In this document: positions 1-9,070 of the stretch, piece after piece | How the letters are laid out: every line of letters starts with the position of its first letter | Numbering within the stretch: position 1 is the stretch's first letter | Source: an uncultured Dehalococcoidia bacterium | GTDB lineage: Bacteria > Chloroflexota > Dehalococcoidia > Lucifugimonadales > UBA3495 | Assembly (NCBI GenBank): GCA_964347975.1 | Contig: CAYGAY010000007.1 | Coordinates: 11,066 to 75,065, forward strand | Direction of reading: 5' to 3' | Length of the DNA: 64,000 nt | Made by a program: the position numbers and the translations under genes | The notes under the pieces: model-generated | Databases searched by the model: none | Seen by the model: only the letters and a program-made list of their open reading frames with translations | Told to the model about the DNA's origin: nothing

Positions 1-1
1 C

Positions 2-220
2 TACGGCATCCGGGGAATCCGGGTAACGAAACAGGAAGAAGTAGCCGGCGCCATCCAGGAGGCCATGGAAACCCCCGGCCCGGTAGTCGTGGACTTCGTG
101 GTGAAAGAGGACGAATTCGTGTACCCGATGATACCCGCCGGCGAGTCGGTCCACGAAATGCTGGAAGAGCCGGAGGCCGGGCCGATCCCATATCAAGGAG
201 CGGGCTTTGAGCGCAGCTAA
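2..220 (+). CDS. ilvB: acetolactate synthase large subunit, C-terminal fragment (gene starts before the window)
   Basis: Frame 2 is open from the window edge to TAA at 218-220. The translation ...PVVVDFVVKEDEFVYPMIPAGESVHEMLEE looks like a ThDP-enzyme/ALS C-terminus. It overlaps the TTG start of the small-subunit gene. Confidence 0.7.
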   Translation, partial: YGIRGIRVTKQEEVAGAIQEAMETPGPVVVDFVVKEDEFVYPMIPAGESVHEMLEEPEAGPIPYQGAGFERS

Positions 221-809
221 CGCCGAACAACACACCATCATCGCCCTGGTGCAAGACCGGCCCGGCGTCCTGACCCGGGTGGCCGGACTGTTCCGCCGGC
301 GCGGGTTCAACATCGCCAGCCTGGCCGTGGGCGCCAGCGAGCGGAAGGGCCTCTCCAGGCTCACCTTCGTCGTAACCGGCGACCAGTACACCGTAGAGCA
401 GGCCACCCGCCACCTGGAGAAGCTCATCGACGTGGTGAAGGTGTCCAACATATCCGAGGAGGACGTGGTCGCCCGCGAACTCGCCCTCATCAAGGTGCGG
501 GCCACGCCATCCAACCGCAGCGAGATCCTGGAAATGGTCAACCTGTTCCGGGCCAAGGTGGTGGACGTGGGCACGCTGTCGCTGGTGATCGAGACCACCG
601 GCGAGGAGGACAAGATCGACGCCCTGTACGACCTGCTGCGCCCCTTCGGCATCCTGGAACTGATGCGCACCGGGCGCGTCGCCATGGTGCGTGGGAAATC
701 CGATGGCCGGATCAGCGACGACGTGGGTTCCGAACCGCTGCCGGCGGGACGCAACGGCGTAACGGCGGCGGCCGCCGGCTCCATGCCGGGCCACTACGAG
801 GGAGTTTAA
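207..809 (+). CDS. ilvN: acetolactate synthase small (regulatory) subunit
   Basis: ACT-domain N-terminus IIALVQDRPGVLTRVAGLFRRRGFNIASLAVG. It sits between the ALS large subunit and ilvC. Confidence 0.9.
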   Translation: MSAANAEQHTIIALVQDRPGVLTRVAGLFRRRGFNIASLAVGASERKGLSRLTFVVTGDQYTVEQATRHLEKLIDVVKVSNISEEDVVARELALIKVRATPSNRSEILEMVNLFRAKVVDVGTLSLVIETTGEEDKIDALYDLLRPFGILELMRTGRVAMVRGKSDGRISDDVGSEPLPAGRNGVTAAAAGSMPGHYEGV

Positions 810-836
810 ATCTGCGCCCGCCATCCCGACCCCTTT

Positions 837-944
837 CACGTCATTCCGACCCCATAACCGACATTCCGGCGCAAGCCGTAATCCAGCAACCCGCCAAACC
901 AATGACGCTCTCCTGGATTCCCGCGAAAGCTGGAATGACGAGAG
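837..944. repeat. palindromic repeat, family B (GTCATTCCGG...CCGGAATGAC type)
   Basis: Terminal inverted repeats cacGTCATTCC ... GGAATGACgag. The core 'ggattcccgcgaaagctggaatgac' recurs at 7637-7703, 14588-14619 and 25195-25222. Confidence 0.7.
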
Positions 945-965
945 AAGCTACAAGGATAAAACAGC

Positions 966-1976
966 ATGGCAGTGAACATCTACACCGAAAAAGACGCCGA
1001 TATGTCGTTCCTGGAAGGGAAGACCGTCGGCATGATCGGCTACGGCAGCCAGGGCCACGCCCACGCTCTGAACCTCCACGACAGCGGGATCACGGTCATG
1101 GTGGGCCTGTATGAGGGCAGCGCCAGCCGCCAGGTGGCCCGCGACGCCGGCCTTGCGGTCGGCAGCGTCGCCGAGGTCGCTCAGGCCGCCGACGTAATGA
1201 TGGTGGCCATCCCCGACCACGTGCAGAAGGACGTGTACCGGGATGAGATCGAACCCAACCTGGGGCCGGGCAAAGCCCTGATGTTCGCCCACGGGTTCAC
1301 CATCCACTACCAGTTCGTGGTGCCCCCGCCTACGGTGGACGTGCTGATGATTGCGCCCAAGGCTCCCGGACACCGGATGCGTGAGCACTTCGTGGAGCAG
1401 GGCATCGGCGTGCCGTGCCTCCTGGCCGTTCACCAGGACGCCACCGGCAACGCCAAGAACATCGGACTGGCCTACGCCGCCGGCATCGGCTGCGCCCGCG
1501 CCGGCGTGCTGGAAACCACCTTCAAGGACGAGACCGAGAGCGACCTCTTCGGCGAACAGTCGGTGCTGTGCGGCGGCGTGACCTCGCTGATCAACCTCGC
1601 TTTCGAGACGCTGGTCGAGCGGGGCTATCCGCCCGAAATCGCCTACTTTGAGTGCCTCCACGAGCTGAAGATGATCGTTGACCTGATCCAGCAGGGCGGG
1701 TTCAACTACATGCGCTACTCCGTCAGCGACACCGCCGAGTACGGCGACTTGACCCGGGGTACCCGCGTGGTGGACGACCACGTCCGCGAGAACATGCACC
1801 GGGTGCTGGACGACATCCAGAGCGGCTCCTTCGCCCAGGAATGGATGTCCGAATGCGACGAGGGTCGGCACAACTTCCTGCGCCTGCGCCAGGAAGCGCG
1901 CACCAGCCGCATCCACGAAGTGGGCCGCGGCCTGCGCGAACTGATGCCCTGGCTCAACCCCCGGGAGATTGAGTGA
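966..1976 (+). CDS. ilvC: ketol-acid reductoisomerase
   Basis: N-terminus [23 protein letters not shown] and class-I KARI length (336 aa). Stop is TGA at 1974-1976. Confidence 0.95.
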   Translation: MAVNIYTEKDADMSFLEGKTVGMIGYGSQGHAHALNLHDSGITVMVGLYEGSASRQVARDAGLAVGSVAEVAQAADVMMVAIPDHVQKDVYRDEIEPNLGPGKALMFAHGFTIHYQFVVPPPTVDVLMIAPKAPGHRMREHFVEQGIGVPCLLAVHQDATGNAKNIGLAYAAGIGCARAGVLETTFKDETESDLFGEQSVLCGGVTSLINLAFETLVERGYPPEIAYFECLHELKMIVDLIQQGGFNYMRYSVSDTAEYGDLTRGTRVVDDHVRENMHRVLDDIQSGSFAQEWMSECDEGRHNFLRLRQEARTSRIHEVGRGLRELMPWLNPREIE

Positions 1977-1997
1977 TAACCAATCCCACTGCCCTTG

Positions 1998-2090
1998 CGC
2001 GGAGCGAAGCGACATGGCAATCCCGTCGTTCTCACGAACGACCGGTACGCCAACCAGATTGCCACGCTGCGCTCGCAATGACAAAGTAGT
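1998..2090. repeat. degenerate copy of palindromic repeat family A (short form)
   Basis: Contains ...gcgaagcgacatggcaatccc... and ...gattgccacgctgcgctcgcaatgacaaagt, matching the arms of the copies at 16798-16946 and 23723-23888. Confidence 0.55.
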
Positions 2091-2321
2091 CATAGCCAAA
2101 GCAACCTTCGAGAAATCGAGGAGGTGACACCCATGGCAATGGAGGTACTGTGCAGAGCAGTTCACCATCGCAGGCTGGTCTTGGCAGGGCTGGCTGCGGT
2201 GGACTGCGTGGGCCTGCCCAACCTTTCCCCGACCAGCAGGATGTAACGGTTAACGCCACCGCGCCCCCGGCCCCTGACAATTCGGCGGCGCATCAACCCC
2301 CACGGAGGGAAAGGAAACGAA

Positions 2322-3881
2322 ATGGCTGCACATGTAAAATTCCTGGATACCACGCTCCGCGATGGCGAACAGTCCGCCGGCATCGGCATGACGGTGGACG
2401 AAAAGCTGCAAATCGCCCGGCAACTGGCCCGCCTCAAGGTGGACATCATTGAGGCCGGCTTCGCCGCCAGCTCCCCCGGCGACTTCCAGGCCGTCCAGCG
2501 CATCGCCGAGGATGTGGAAGGTCCCATCATTTGCTCGCTGTCCCGCGCCGTCCCCGGCGACGTTGACGCCGCCTGGAATGCCATCAAGAGCGCGGCCAAG
2601 CCTCGCATCCACGTGTTCCTGTCGTCCTCGGAGATCCACCAGATGCACCAGCTGCGCAAGGACCGGGAAGACGTGATGACCATGGCCGTGCAAATGGTCT
2701 CCCGCGCCAAGTCCTACTGCGACGACGTTGAGTTCTCGCCCATGGACGCTACCCGCACCAACCGCGAATATCTCTACCGGATGCTGGAAGAGGTCATCAA
2801 AGTCGGCGCGACGACCATTAACATCGCCGACACCGTTGGTTACGCCATTCCGTCGGACTTTCAGACCATGCTGGTGGACATTCAACAGAATGTCCGCGGC
2901 ATTGAGAACGTCACCCTGTCGGTCCACTGCCACAACGACCTGGGCCTGGCCGTGTCCAACAGCCTGGCCGCCATCGAGGTGGGCGCGCGGCAGGTGGAGG
3001 GCTGCATCAACGGCATCGGCGAGCGAGCCGGCAACGCTTCTCTCGAAGAGATCATCATGGCGCTGGACACCCGCAAAGACCTGTTCGGCGTCGATCTGAA
3101 CGTGGATACCACGCAGATTTACCCCAGCAGCCGCCTGGTCAGCCGCATCACCGGCATGAATGTCCAGGCCAACAAGGCCATCGTCGGCGAGAACGCCTTC
3201 CGCCACGCTTCGGGCATCCACCAGGACGGCGTGCTGAAGGACCGCTCCACCTACGAGGTCATGCAGCCTGAACGGGTCGGTCTGCCGCCGGACGTGCAGC
3301 TGGTGCTGGGCAAGCTCAGCGGCCGGGCCGGCCTCCAGGCGCGGCTGGAAGCCCTGGGCTACTCGCTGGACCGGGAAGAAGTCACCAGCGTGTACGAGCG
3401 GTTCCTGGAACTGGCCGACAAGAAGAACGAGGTGACCGACCGGGATCTGGAAATCCTGATGGACGAGGCGAACCGCTCCGCCTACGAGCCCATCAGCTAC
3501 GCCCTGGAAACCGTCCACTTCACCAGCGGCGACAAGGACATCCCCACGGCCACGGTGCGGCTCATCGGCCCCGACGGCAACGCCAAGACCGACGCATCCA
3601 CCGGCAACGGCCCGGTCGATGCCGTGTGCCGCGCCATCGACCGGGTGATCGGCGTCACCGCCCGGATCTCCGACTTCCAGGTGCAGGCGGTGTCGGAAGG
3701 CCGGGATTCGGTAGGATCGGTGTCCATACGGATTGAAAACAGCGGCCGCATCTTCTCCGGACGCGGCGCCAATACCGACATCATCGTAGCCAGCGCCCAA
3801 GCCTACCTGAGCGCGATGAACCGGATGCTGGCCGCCGACGAAGCGGAAACCCAGCCGGCCGTTGGAACGACGCCGGATTAA
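2322..3881 (+). CDS. leuA: 2-isopropylmalate synthase (LeuA/CimA family)
   Basis: N-terminus [15 protein letters not shown], HxH motif [12 protein letters not shown], and a C-terminal LeuA-dimer-type regulatory domain. It follows ilvC. Confidence 0.85.
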   Translation: MAAHVKFLDTTLRDGEQSAGIGMTVDEKLQIARQLARLKVDIIEAGFAASSPGDFQAVQRIAEDVEGPIICSLSRAVPGDVDAAWNAIKSAAKPRIHVFLSSSEIHQMHQLRKDREDVMTMAVQMVSRAKSYCDDVEFSPMDATRTNREYLYRMLEEVIKVGATTINIADTVGYAIPSDFQTMLVDIQQNVRGIENVTLSVHCHNDLGLAVSNSLAAIEVGARQVEGCINGIGERAGNASLEEIIMALDTRKDLFGVDLNVDTTQIYPSSRLVSRITGMNVQANKAIVGENAFRHASGIHQDGVLKDRSTYEVMQPERVGLPPDVQLVLGKLSGRAGLQARLEALGYSLDREEVTSVYERFLELADKKNEVTDRDLEILMDEANRSAYEPISYALETVHFTSGDKDIPTATVRLIGPDGNAKTDASTGNGPVDAVCRAIDRVIGVTARISDFQVQAVSEGRDSVGSVSIRIENSGRIFSGRGANTDIIVASAQAYLSAMNRMLAADEAETQPAVGTTPD

Positions 3882-3897
3882 GTGAGCGAACCAGTCT

Positions 3898-3945
3898 GCA
3901 AATGGCGGCAGGGGCGGATGATTATTCGCCCCTGCCGCCATTTGC
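3898..3945. terminator. 19-bp perfect hairpin between convergent leuA and the DUF5131 gene
   Basis: gcaaatggcggcaggggcg - 10-nt loop - cgcccctgccgccatttgc. There is no clear U-tract on either side. Confidence 0.5.
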
Positions 3946-3967
3946 GGCGCATCGTGTCGCGTCACAG

Positions 3968-4684
3968 TTAGGCGGCGAGTGCGAGTGGCATTTCGTCCCA
4001 GGTTCTGCCGTCCAGTTCCCGGCCATTGCGTTTCTTGAACACGCCGCCCCATTGCTTGAAGTAGAAAGGCACGCCGGTGTTAATGCACTGATCGCGGATG
4101 TCGCGCGCCCAATCGGGTTGCATCGGACGAGCGCCGGGGCCGGATTCGCCGCCCACGATGACCCAATCAATGCCGGCGAGGTCCAGATCGGGCAAGGGGC
4201 CGAGCAAGGGTTCCAGTGAGAGGAACTTGACGGCGGCGTTGGTTTCGCGGAGCAGGTCGATCCGGCGCGCGTAATCCTGCTGCTCAACGCTGACGCCCTG
4301 CCAGATTTGGGCGGGCCAGGGCAGTCGCGAGTTGAGGCTGGCCACCCGCTCCGGTCGCTTGGTGAGCACCTGGTAACGATGCCAGTGGGCGCGGGTCATT
4401 ACGTCGAAAACCTCCGCGATGAAATCGTCGGGTACTTCTGGGTGAAATAGATCGCTCATGGAGTTGACGAAGATGGAGCGGGGCTTGCGCCAGCGCAGGG
4501 GAACATCCAGGGTGTCGGGATGCAGGGTTACGGCAAAGCCGTTGCGGTATTTCGCCATTCCGGTGGCCTTGAGACGCTTGGAGAGGCGCTCGGCATAACA
4601 ACGCTTGCAACCCGGGCTGATTTTGTTGCATCCGGTAACCGGGTTCCAGGTGGCGTCTGTCCACTCGATTTTGGAGGCGGCCAT
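3968..4684 (-). CDS. phage Gp37/Gp68-like protein (DUF5131 family)
   Basis: N-terminus [28 protein letters not shown] is the signature of this family. Confidence 0.75.
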   Translation of the reverse strand: MAASKIEWTDATWNPVTGCNKISPGCKRCYAERLSKRLKATGMAKYRNGFAVTLHPDTLDVPLRWRKPRSIFVNSMSDLFHPEVPDDFIAEVFDVMTRAHWHRYQVLTKRPERVASLNSRLPWPAQIWQGVSVEQQDYARRIDLLRETNAAVKFLSLEPLLGPLPDLDLAGIDWVIVGGESGPGARPMQPDWARDIRDQCINTGVPFYFKQWGGVFKKRNGRELDGRTWDEMPLALAA

Positions 4685-4854
4685 GACTACTGACTCGTGA
4701 GCAACTTTTCAGGAAAACATCCTGATCTGCCCTTTTTCGGTTCTTTTGGTTACCTTATTCCAGAAATCTGCTCCTCGAGGGTTCTTGCTGGCGAACAGCA
4801 GACCGTATAAGGTGACGCGCCTTGAATTTTCTACGAATACGTTATCCCTGATGC

Positions 4855-4960
4855 TCATGCGTACCCACTTGGTAATTGCGAGCGTAGCGTGGCAATCTCG
4901 CCGGCGTGGCAATGGCCGTTCCGTCAAGGCTCTCACAACAGAAAGTGGCGACCGCCCGGT
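4855..4960. repeat. partial copy of palindromic repeat family A (long form, left half)
   Basis: tcatgcgtacccacttggtaattgcgagcg...ggcaatctcgccggcgtggcaatggccgttccgtcaaggctctc.caac.gaaagtggcgaccgcc aligns with 7754-7958 and 61511-61709. The right terminal arm is missing. Confidence 0.75.
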
Positions 4961-5007
4961 GGATGCCAAATCCCTAATGTGCCTTGTTCTTCTTATGCTC
5001 CATTTAG

Positions 5008-6174
5008 TTACAGCAACGGCATCTGGAATGCTTGGTCTGCCGCCGTTGCGCCCTTGCCCAGGTGGGTGGCGGCGTAGCCCATGCGCCGCAAGTGGGCGGC
5101 GAGGTCGGGGAAGCCGAAAACGGTGTACACCCGTTGCGGCCGGACGGCCTGGACGTAAGCCACCAGGTCGTTGAAATCGGCGTGATCGCTGTAGGGCAGG
5201 CTGGCGTCCCCCGGGCGTCCCCGGCCCCAGGGCTTGACGCCGGCTCCGGCGGCCCAGCCGGTCAGTTCCAGGTAGCGCGCCGATTTGCCCGGCGGGCGAT
5301 GAGCGGCGATCTGCTCGCGAGACTTCCGGCCCGGCGGGAACAGCAGCGCTTCGCCATCATGGATGTCGCCGTCGAAGACCCGGTATTCGCCGTTGAAAGT
5401 TATCCCGCCCGCCTCGTATCTGCGGACGGTCTCGTAGATGCCCTCCTCGCAAACGACCCGAAACCCGCCGGCCAGCAGGTGATGCAGGGCCTCCTGCGCC
5501 TTGCCCAGCCGCCAGCCCAGGATCACGGGCAGCGCGCCCTGCTCCAGCCACTGGGCGGTGACCCGGAGGGCCGTCCCTATTGCCTCCTCCTGGGGCGGGA
5601 AAACGTAATCGGGCCGGCCGTAGGTGCTTTCGATCACCAGCACGTCGCAGGGCACTGGCTCCGCCGGTTCGTTGATGGGCGACGGCTGTGTCCGCAGGTC
5701 GCCGGTGTACAGCAGTCGTTCTCCCGTGCTGCGTCGGGTGACCAGAGTTTGCGCCGAACCCAGGCAGTGGCCCGCCGGATGCAGCGTGATCGTGTAGTCG
5801 GCCGTTTCCAGCGCCTCGCCGTATTCCAGTACCACCGGCTCGGAACGCTTCAGGTAATCGCCCAGAAGCCGGCGGGTGCCGTAGGTCAGCGCCGGGCGAC
5901 GGTGGCGGGCGGTATGGTCGGAGTGCGCGTGGGATATGACCGATACATCCTGCTTGCGCCGGGCGTCCAGCCACAGGTCAAGTTCGGGAAGATAAATGCC
6001 TCTGTCGAAAACCACTTCCACCGGAGCAACCCAGGCCGCCGGTCGCGACGTCAGCGAGTATAGCACGCTATTCTGACGCTTGCGGTATAATTCCTGCCAT
6101 CCGCGCCGGCCCGGTATCTGCCGCACCAGGACAGCCGTCCGGCGCAAAACAGGAGATGCTTGATGCCAGGTCAA
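5008..6174 (-). CDS. MBL-fold / beta-CASP-like hydrolase, resembles ligase-associated DNA-damage-response exonuclease
   Basis: Motifs ISHAHSDHTARH, HPAGHCLGSAQ and VIESTYG. The annotated ATG at 6174 overlaps the divergent peroxiredoxin start at 6163, so the true start is probably internal (for example GTG at 6066). Confidence 0.6.
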   Translation of the reverse strand: MTWHQASPVLRRTAVLVRQIPGRRGWQELYRKRQNSVLYSLTSRPAAWVAPVEVVFDRGIYLPELDLWLDARRKQDVSVISHAHSDHTARHRRPALTYGTRRLLGDYLKRSEPVVLEYGEALETADYTITLHPAGHCLGSAQTLVTRRSTGERLLYTGDLRTQPSPINEPAEPVPCDVLVIESTYGRPDYVFPPQEEAIGTALRVTAQWLEQGALPVILGWRLGKAQEALHHLLAGGFRVVCEEGIYETVRRYEAGGITFNGEYRVFDGDIHDGEALLFPPGRKSREQIAAHRPPGKSARYLELTGWAAGAGVKPWGRGRPGDASLPYSDHADFNDLVAYVQAVRPQRVYTVFGFPDLAAHLRRMGYAATHLGKGATAADQAFQMPLL

Positions 6175-6627
6175 ATTGGCGACGTTGCGCCGGATTTCAC
6201 TCTTCCGTCACCCCATGACGGCGACATCACCCTCAGCAACTATCGCGGCAGCAATTCCGTCGTGCTGTCGTTCCACGTGCTCGACTTCACCAGTGGTTGA
6301 ACGGACCAGGCGACCTCGTTCCGCCGTTTCAACGAGCGGTTCCAGGAGCTAAATGCCCAGGTGCTGGGCATCAGTTGCGACCACGTTGCCGCCCACCGGG
6401 CCTGGACCACCACCATGGGCGGCCTGCCCTATCCGGAGCTGTCCGACTGGCATCCCAAGGGGCAGGTGACCACCGCCTACGATCTTTGGAACGAAGAGCG
6501 TGGCGCCGGAACCCGCGCCGTTATCATTGTGGACAAGGATGGCGTCATCCGGTACCGTGAGACGTACCAGCCGGGCACGCTTCCCGACCCGGAAACCATT
6601 TTGCAAGCGGTGGCTGATCTGGGCTAG
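6163..6627 (+). CDS. BCP/PrxQ-type peroxiredoxin with in-frame TGA (candidate selenocysteine) at codon 46
   Basis: AGGAG at 6151-6155 precedes ATG 6163. One frame reads MPGQIGDVAPDFTLPS...VVLSFHVLDFTSG-TGA(6298-6300)-TDQATSFRRFNERFQELNAQVLGISCDH... and continues into track ORF 6361-6627. Total length is 154 codons, the normal BCP size. The TGA sits where T-x-x-C has its peroxidatic Cys. Confidence 0.7.
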
Positions 6628-6637
6628 TGAACAAAAA

Positions 6638-6661
6638 GGGGCGGGGATTTCAACCCGCCCT
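6638..6661. terminator. bidirectional intrinsic terminator between the peroxiredoxin gene (+) and the GreA-like gene (-)
   Basis: Stem gggcggg/cccgccc with an 8-nt loop. It is flanked by an A-run upstream and T-rich sequence downstream, so it gives a U-tract on both strands. Confidence 0.65.
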
Positions 6662-6693
6662 TGAACTTTGACCAGCCCCCGCCGGCGGCTTTG

Positions 6694-7566
6694 CTATCCG
6701 CCGATTCCCTCAATGCGATACTGAACCGCCCCCCGGGGCGTGTTGATGGTGACTTCTTCGCCAGGGCTGCGGCCCATCAAGGCTTCTCCAATGGGGGAAA
6801 CCGTGGATATTTTGCCGGCCGACACGTCGGCCTCGCGCACGTCCACCAACGTAAAGACCCGCTCCTGTTGGGCAGTCAAATCGTGCAGGGTAACTCTTGA
6901 CCCAATGATCACCCGCTCCGTGTTGGCGTTGGAAGCATCGACGATCTCGACGTTGGCTAAATCGTTTTCCAACTGTCTGATGCGGCGTTCGGTCAACTGT
7001 TGCTGTTCGCGGGCGGCGTCCAGAGGAGCGTTTTCGCGCACGTCGCCGTCGCTGCGGGCCAGCCGGATGGCTTCCCGTATTTGAGGAACTTCACCCCGCA
7101 GGCGTTGCAGTTCAGCCTGTAGCTCGGTATGCCGTTGCTGGCTGAGGCGGGCGCTGGGGGTGCCGGTGGAGGCGCCGTTATGGTCGGCGTTCTGGAAGCG
7201 GCGGCGGTTGCGACGCGGCGCGGCGGCGTAACGAGCCAGGCTGTTCTCCGTCCAGCCGCGACGGTTGGCGAAGGTTAGAAACTTCTTGATGGGATCCAAA
7301 CGGGAGGACGGATCTTCCACGTTTTCCGTGGTCCACTTGGCGTATTCGCCGACTTCAATAGCGTGGAGCGTCGATATGAGCTTGTCCCGGCCGATTCTGG
7401 CCTGGAAACGCAACAGCTCCTGCTGGCCCTGCAATGCCTGTTTGCTCTCTTTGAGGTGATCCACGAACGCATTAATTGCCTGTGAAATCGAGAGGGGCTG
7501 ATCGTTGGTCAACTGTCCATCCTCCAGTTTAATCGCAGACTCAGGCTGCAAGGTGGCGATTATCAT
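6694..7566 (-). CDS. GreA/GreB-family transcription elongation factor with a ~140-aa N-terminal extension of unknown function
   Basis: The C-terminal ~150 aa carries GDVRENAPLDAAREQQQLTERRIRQLENDL (coiled coil) and ISTVSPIGEALMGRSPGEEVTINTPRG (GreA C-terminal domain). I do not recognise the N-terminal 140 aa. Confidence 0.75.
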   Translation of the reverse strand: MIIATLQPESAIKLEDGQLTNDQPLSISQAINAFVDHLKESKQALQGQQELLRFQARIGRDKLISTLHAIEVGEYAKWTTENVEDPSSRLDPIKKFLTFANRRGWTENSLARYAAAPRRNRRRFQNADHNGASTGTPSARLSQQRHTELQAELQRLRGEVPQIREAIRLARSDGDVRENAPLDAAREQQQLTERRIRQLENDLANVEIVDASNANTERVIIGSRVTLHDLTAQQERVFTLVDVREADVSAGKISTVSPIGEALMGRSPGEEVTINTPRGAVQYRIEGIGG

Positions 7567-7613
7567 AGCATTTGCCCCTTACCTGGGGCAATTGCTGACG
7601 CCGGCCCATTGGG

Positions 7614-7736
7614 TTGCAATTTAGGTGGTTTAGTTTTCTCGTCATTCCGGCGAAAGCCGGAATCCTGAAACACTACTGGATTCCGGCTTTCGCTGGAGTG
7701 ACGGATTATCAACCAAACCACCTGAATCCGATTCGG
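7614..7736. repeat. composite palindromic element (family B core with 'AGGTGGTTT' outer inverted repeats)
   Basis: ttgcaatttaggtggtttag...gtcattccggcgaaagccggaatcc...ggattccggctttcgctggagtgac...aaccaaaccacctgaatccg. The left ~45 nt recur at 14566-14610. Confidence 0.75.
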
Positions 7737-7753
7737 ACAATCTTGCCGGTGCG

Positions 7754-7958
7754 CTCACACGTACCCACTTTGTCATTGCGACCCCGTACCCCATGTCAGG
7801 CACGGGGCCGGCTTTGATACGGGGGTGGCAATCTCGCCGGCGCAGCGATGGCCGTTCCGTCAAGGCACTCGCAACATAAAGTGGCGACCGCCGGAACGAG
7901 ATTCCAGCGCCCGCCGGCAGCGGTCGTGGAATGGCCGGTTAAAGTGGGTACGCGTGAG
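7754..7958. repeat. palindromic repeat family A, long form (MITE/REP-like, ~205 bp)
   Basis: Terminal inverted repeats acgtacccactttgtcattgcga ... aaagtgggtacgcgtgag. An internal hairpin ccccgtaccccatgtcaggcacggggccggctttgatacggggg is present. Near-identical copies lie at 13490-13690 and 61511-61709. Confidence 0.85.
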
Positions 7959-8084
7959 TGACGGCGCGGCCTTGGTGATGTCCGAAGCTGAGTGGCGAAA
8001 TCTCCTCCCGGCCCGTTGCGTCAAGCTGACCACCCTATGCTATGCTACCGGCGCAGACCACACGGAGCGGAGGAAACGACCACC

Positions 8085-9050
8085 ATGAAGGCGATGCAGA
8101 TTACCGAATACGGCGGCCCAGAGGTGATGAAGTACGTTGACCTGCCGGATCCCACCGCCGGCCCCGACCAGGCGGTGGTGGATATCCAGGCCGTCGGCGT
8201 CAACTTCACCGATATTTACAGCCGCATGGGCGTCAACCCTCCGGGGTTGCCCTGGGTGGCCGGCGTTGAGGCGGCCGGCGTGGTGCGCCAGGTTGGCCCG
8301 GGCGTGGACCACGTCGCCGCGGGCGATACGGTGGCCTATTGCAGTCATCCGGGCTCCTATGCCGAGCAGCAGGCGGTGCCGGCCTGGCGTCTCATCAAGA
8401 TGCCCCAGGGCCTGTCCGCCCGCGACGGCGCTGCGGCCATGCTCCAGGGCATGACCGCTCATTATCTATGTTACGACACCTACCGGGTGCAGCCCGGCGA
8501 CCGGGTGCTGGTCCATTCCGGGGCCGGCGGCGTGGGCCTGCTGCTCATCCAGATGTGCAAAGCCCTGGGCGCTTACGTCTATTCCACCGTGTCCACCGAG
8601 GCCAAGGCGGAGCTGGCGCGCGGGGCCGGCGCCGACCACGTGATCCTGTACACCCAGCAGGACTTTGCCGACGAGATCAACCAGGCCACCGACGGCGCCG
8701 GCTTGCAGGCCGTGTACGACGCCGTGGGCAAGGACACTTTCGACAAGAGCATCGCCTGCCTCGCCCCCCGGGGCTACATGGTGCTGTACGGCCAGGCCAG
8801 CGGCCCGGTGGAATCCATGGACCCACGGGCGCTGGGCAACGGCTCCAAGTTCCTGACCCGGCCCGGCCTGGGTGATTACACCAGGGACCGGGAGGAGCTG
8901 GAGCAGCGGGCCGGGACCGTCCTGGGATGGGTCCAGTCGGGCGAACTGGACCTGCGCGTCGAGCACCTGTTCCCGCTGTCCGAGGCCCCCGAAGCTCACC
9001 GCCAGCTGGCCGGCCGCGCCACTACAGGGAAGATTATCCTGACGCCGTAA
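8085..9050 (+). CDS. NADPH:quinone oxidoreductase (zinc-type medium-chain dehydrogenase family)
   Basis: MKAMQITEYGGPEVMKYVDLPDP..., nucleotide-binding VLVHSGAGGVGLLL, and C-terminus GKIILTP. The start was moved to ATG 8085 because the upstream part of ORF 7992 is repeat-derived. Confidence 0.85.
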   Translation: MKAMQITEYGGPEVMKYVDLPDPTAGPDQAVVDIQAVGVNFTDIYSRMGVNPPGLPWVAGVEAAGVVRQVGPGVDHVAAGDTVAYCSHPGSYAEQQAVPAWRLIKMPQGLSARDGAAAMLQGMTAHYLCYDTYRVQPGDRVLVHSGAGGVGLLLIQMCKALGAYVYSTVSTEAKAELARGAGADHVILYTQQDFADEINQATDGAGLQAVYDAVGKDTFDKSIACLAPRGYMVLYGQASGPVESMDPRALGNGSKFLTRPGLGDYTRDREELEQRAGTVLGWVQSGELDLRVEHLFPLSEAPEAHRQLAGRATTGKIILTP

Positions 9051-9070
9051 CGTTTCAGGCTCGATGGTCG

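Noticed and set aside
948-2168. Very long ORFs antisense to, or out of frame with, recognised genes. Examples: 948-2168(-), 2250-4052(-), 14536-16482(+), 18266-19714(+), 20963-22336(+), 32581-34617(+), 43189-44565(+), 46175-47551(+), 54808-56517(+).
   Set aside because: - They are typical shadow ORFs of high-G+C DNA.
- Their translations are Arg/Gly/Ala/Pro/His-rich and low in complexity, with no motifs.
- Each is fully overlapped by a gene with clear family signatures on the other strand or frame.
2133-2246. 37-codon ORF with a GAGGAGG RBS upstream of leuA, considered as a Leu/Ile/Val attenuation leader peptide.
   Set aside because: - There is no run of consecutive branched-chain codons. 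Its 11 Leu/Val residues are scattered.
- No obvious terminator/antiterminator pair follows.
- The region also contains a degenerate repeat copy.
- It is kept only as a note.
5008-6174. Full-length 388-aa version of the MBL/beta-CASP ORF.
   Set aside because: - The first ~36 codons overlap the divergent peroxiredoxin start and its RBS, and they have no RBS of their own.
- The conserved domain starts near residue 55.
- The gene is kept, but the 5' end is flagged as probably over-extended.
6298-6300. Possibility that TGA is reassigned genome-wide (for example to Gly or Trp), or that the peroxiredoxin is simply two separate ORFs.
   Set aside because: - TGA terminates well-defined genes here (ilvC, the DUF4325 gene, the module-1 partner).
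- The downstream half has no plausible RBS or start of its own. The track 'M' at 6361 is a GTG inside a conserved Prx segment.
- A pseudogene remains a formal alternative and is stated in the finding.
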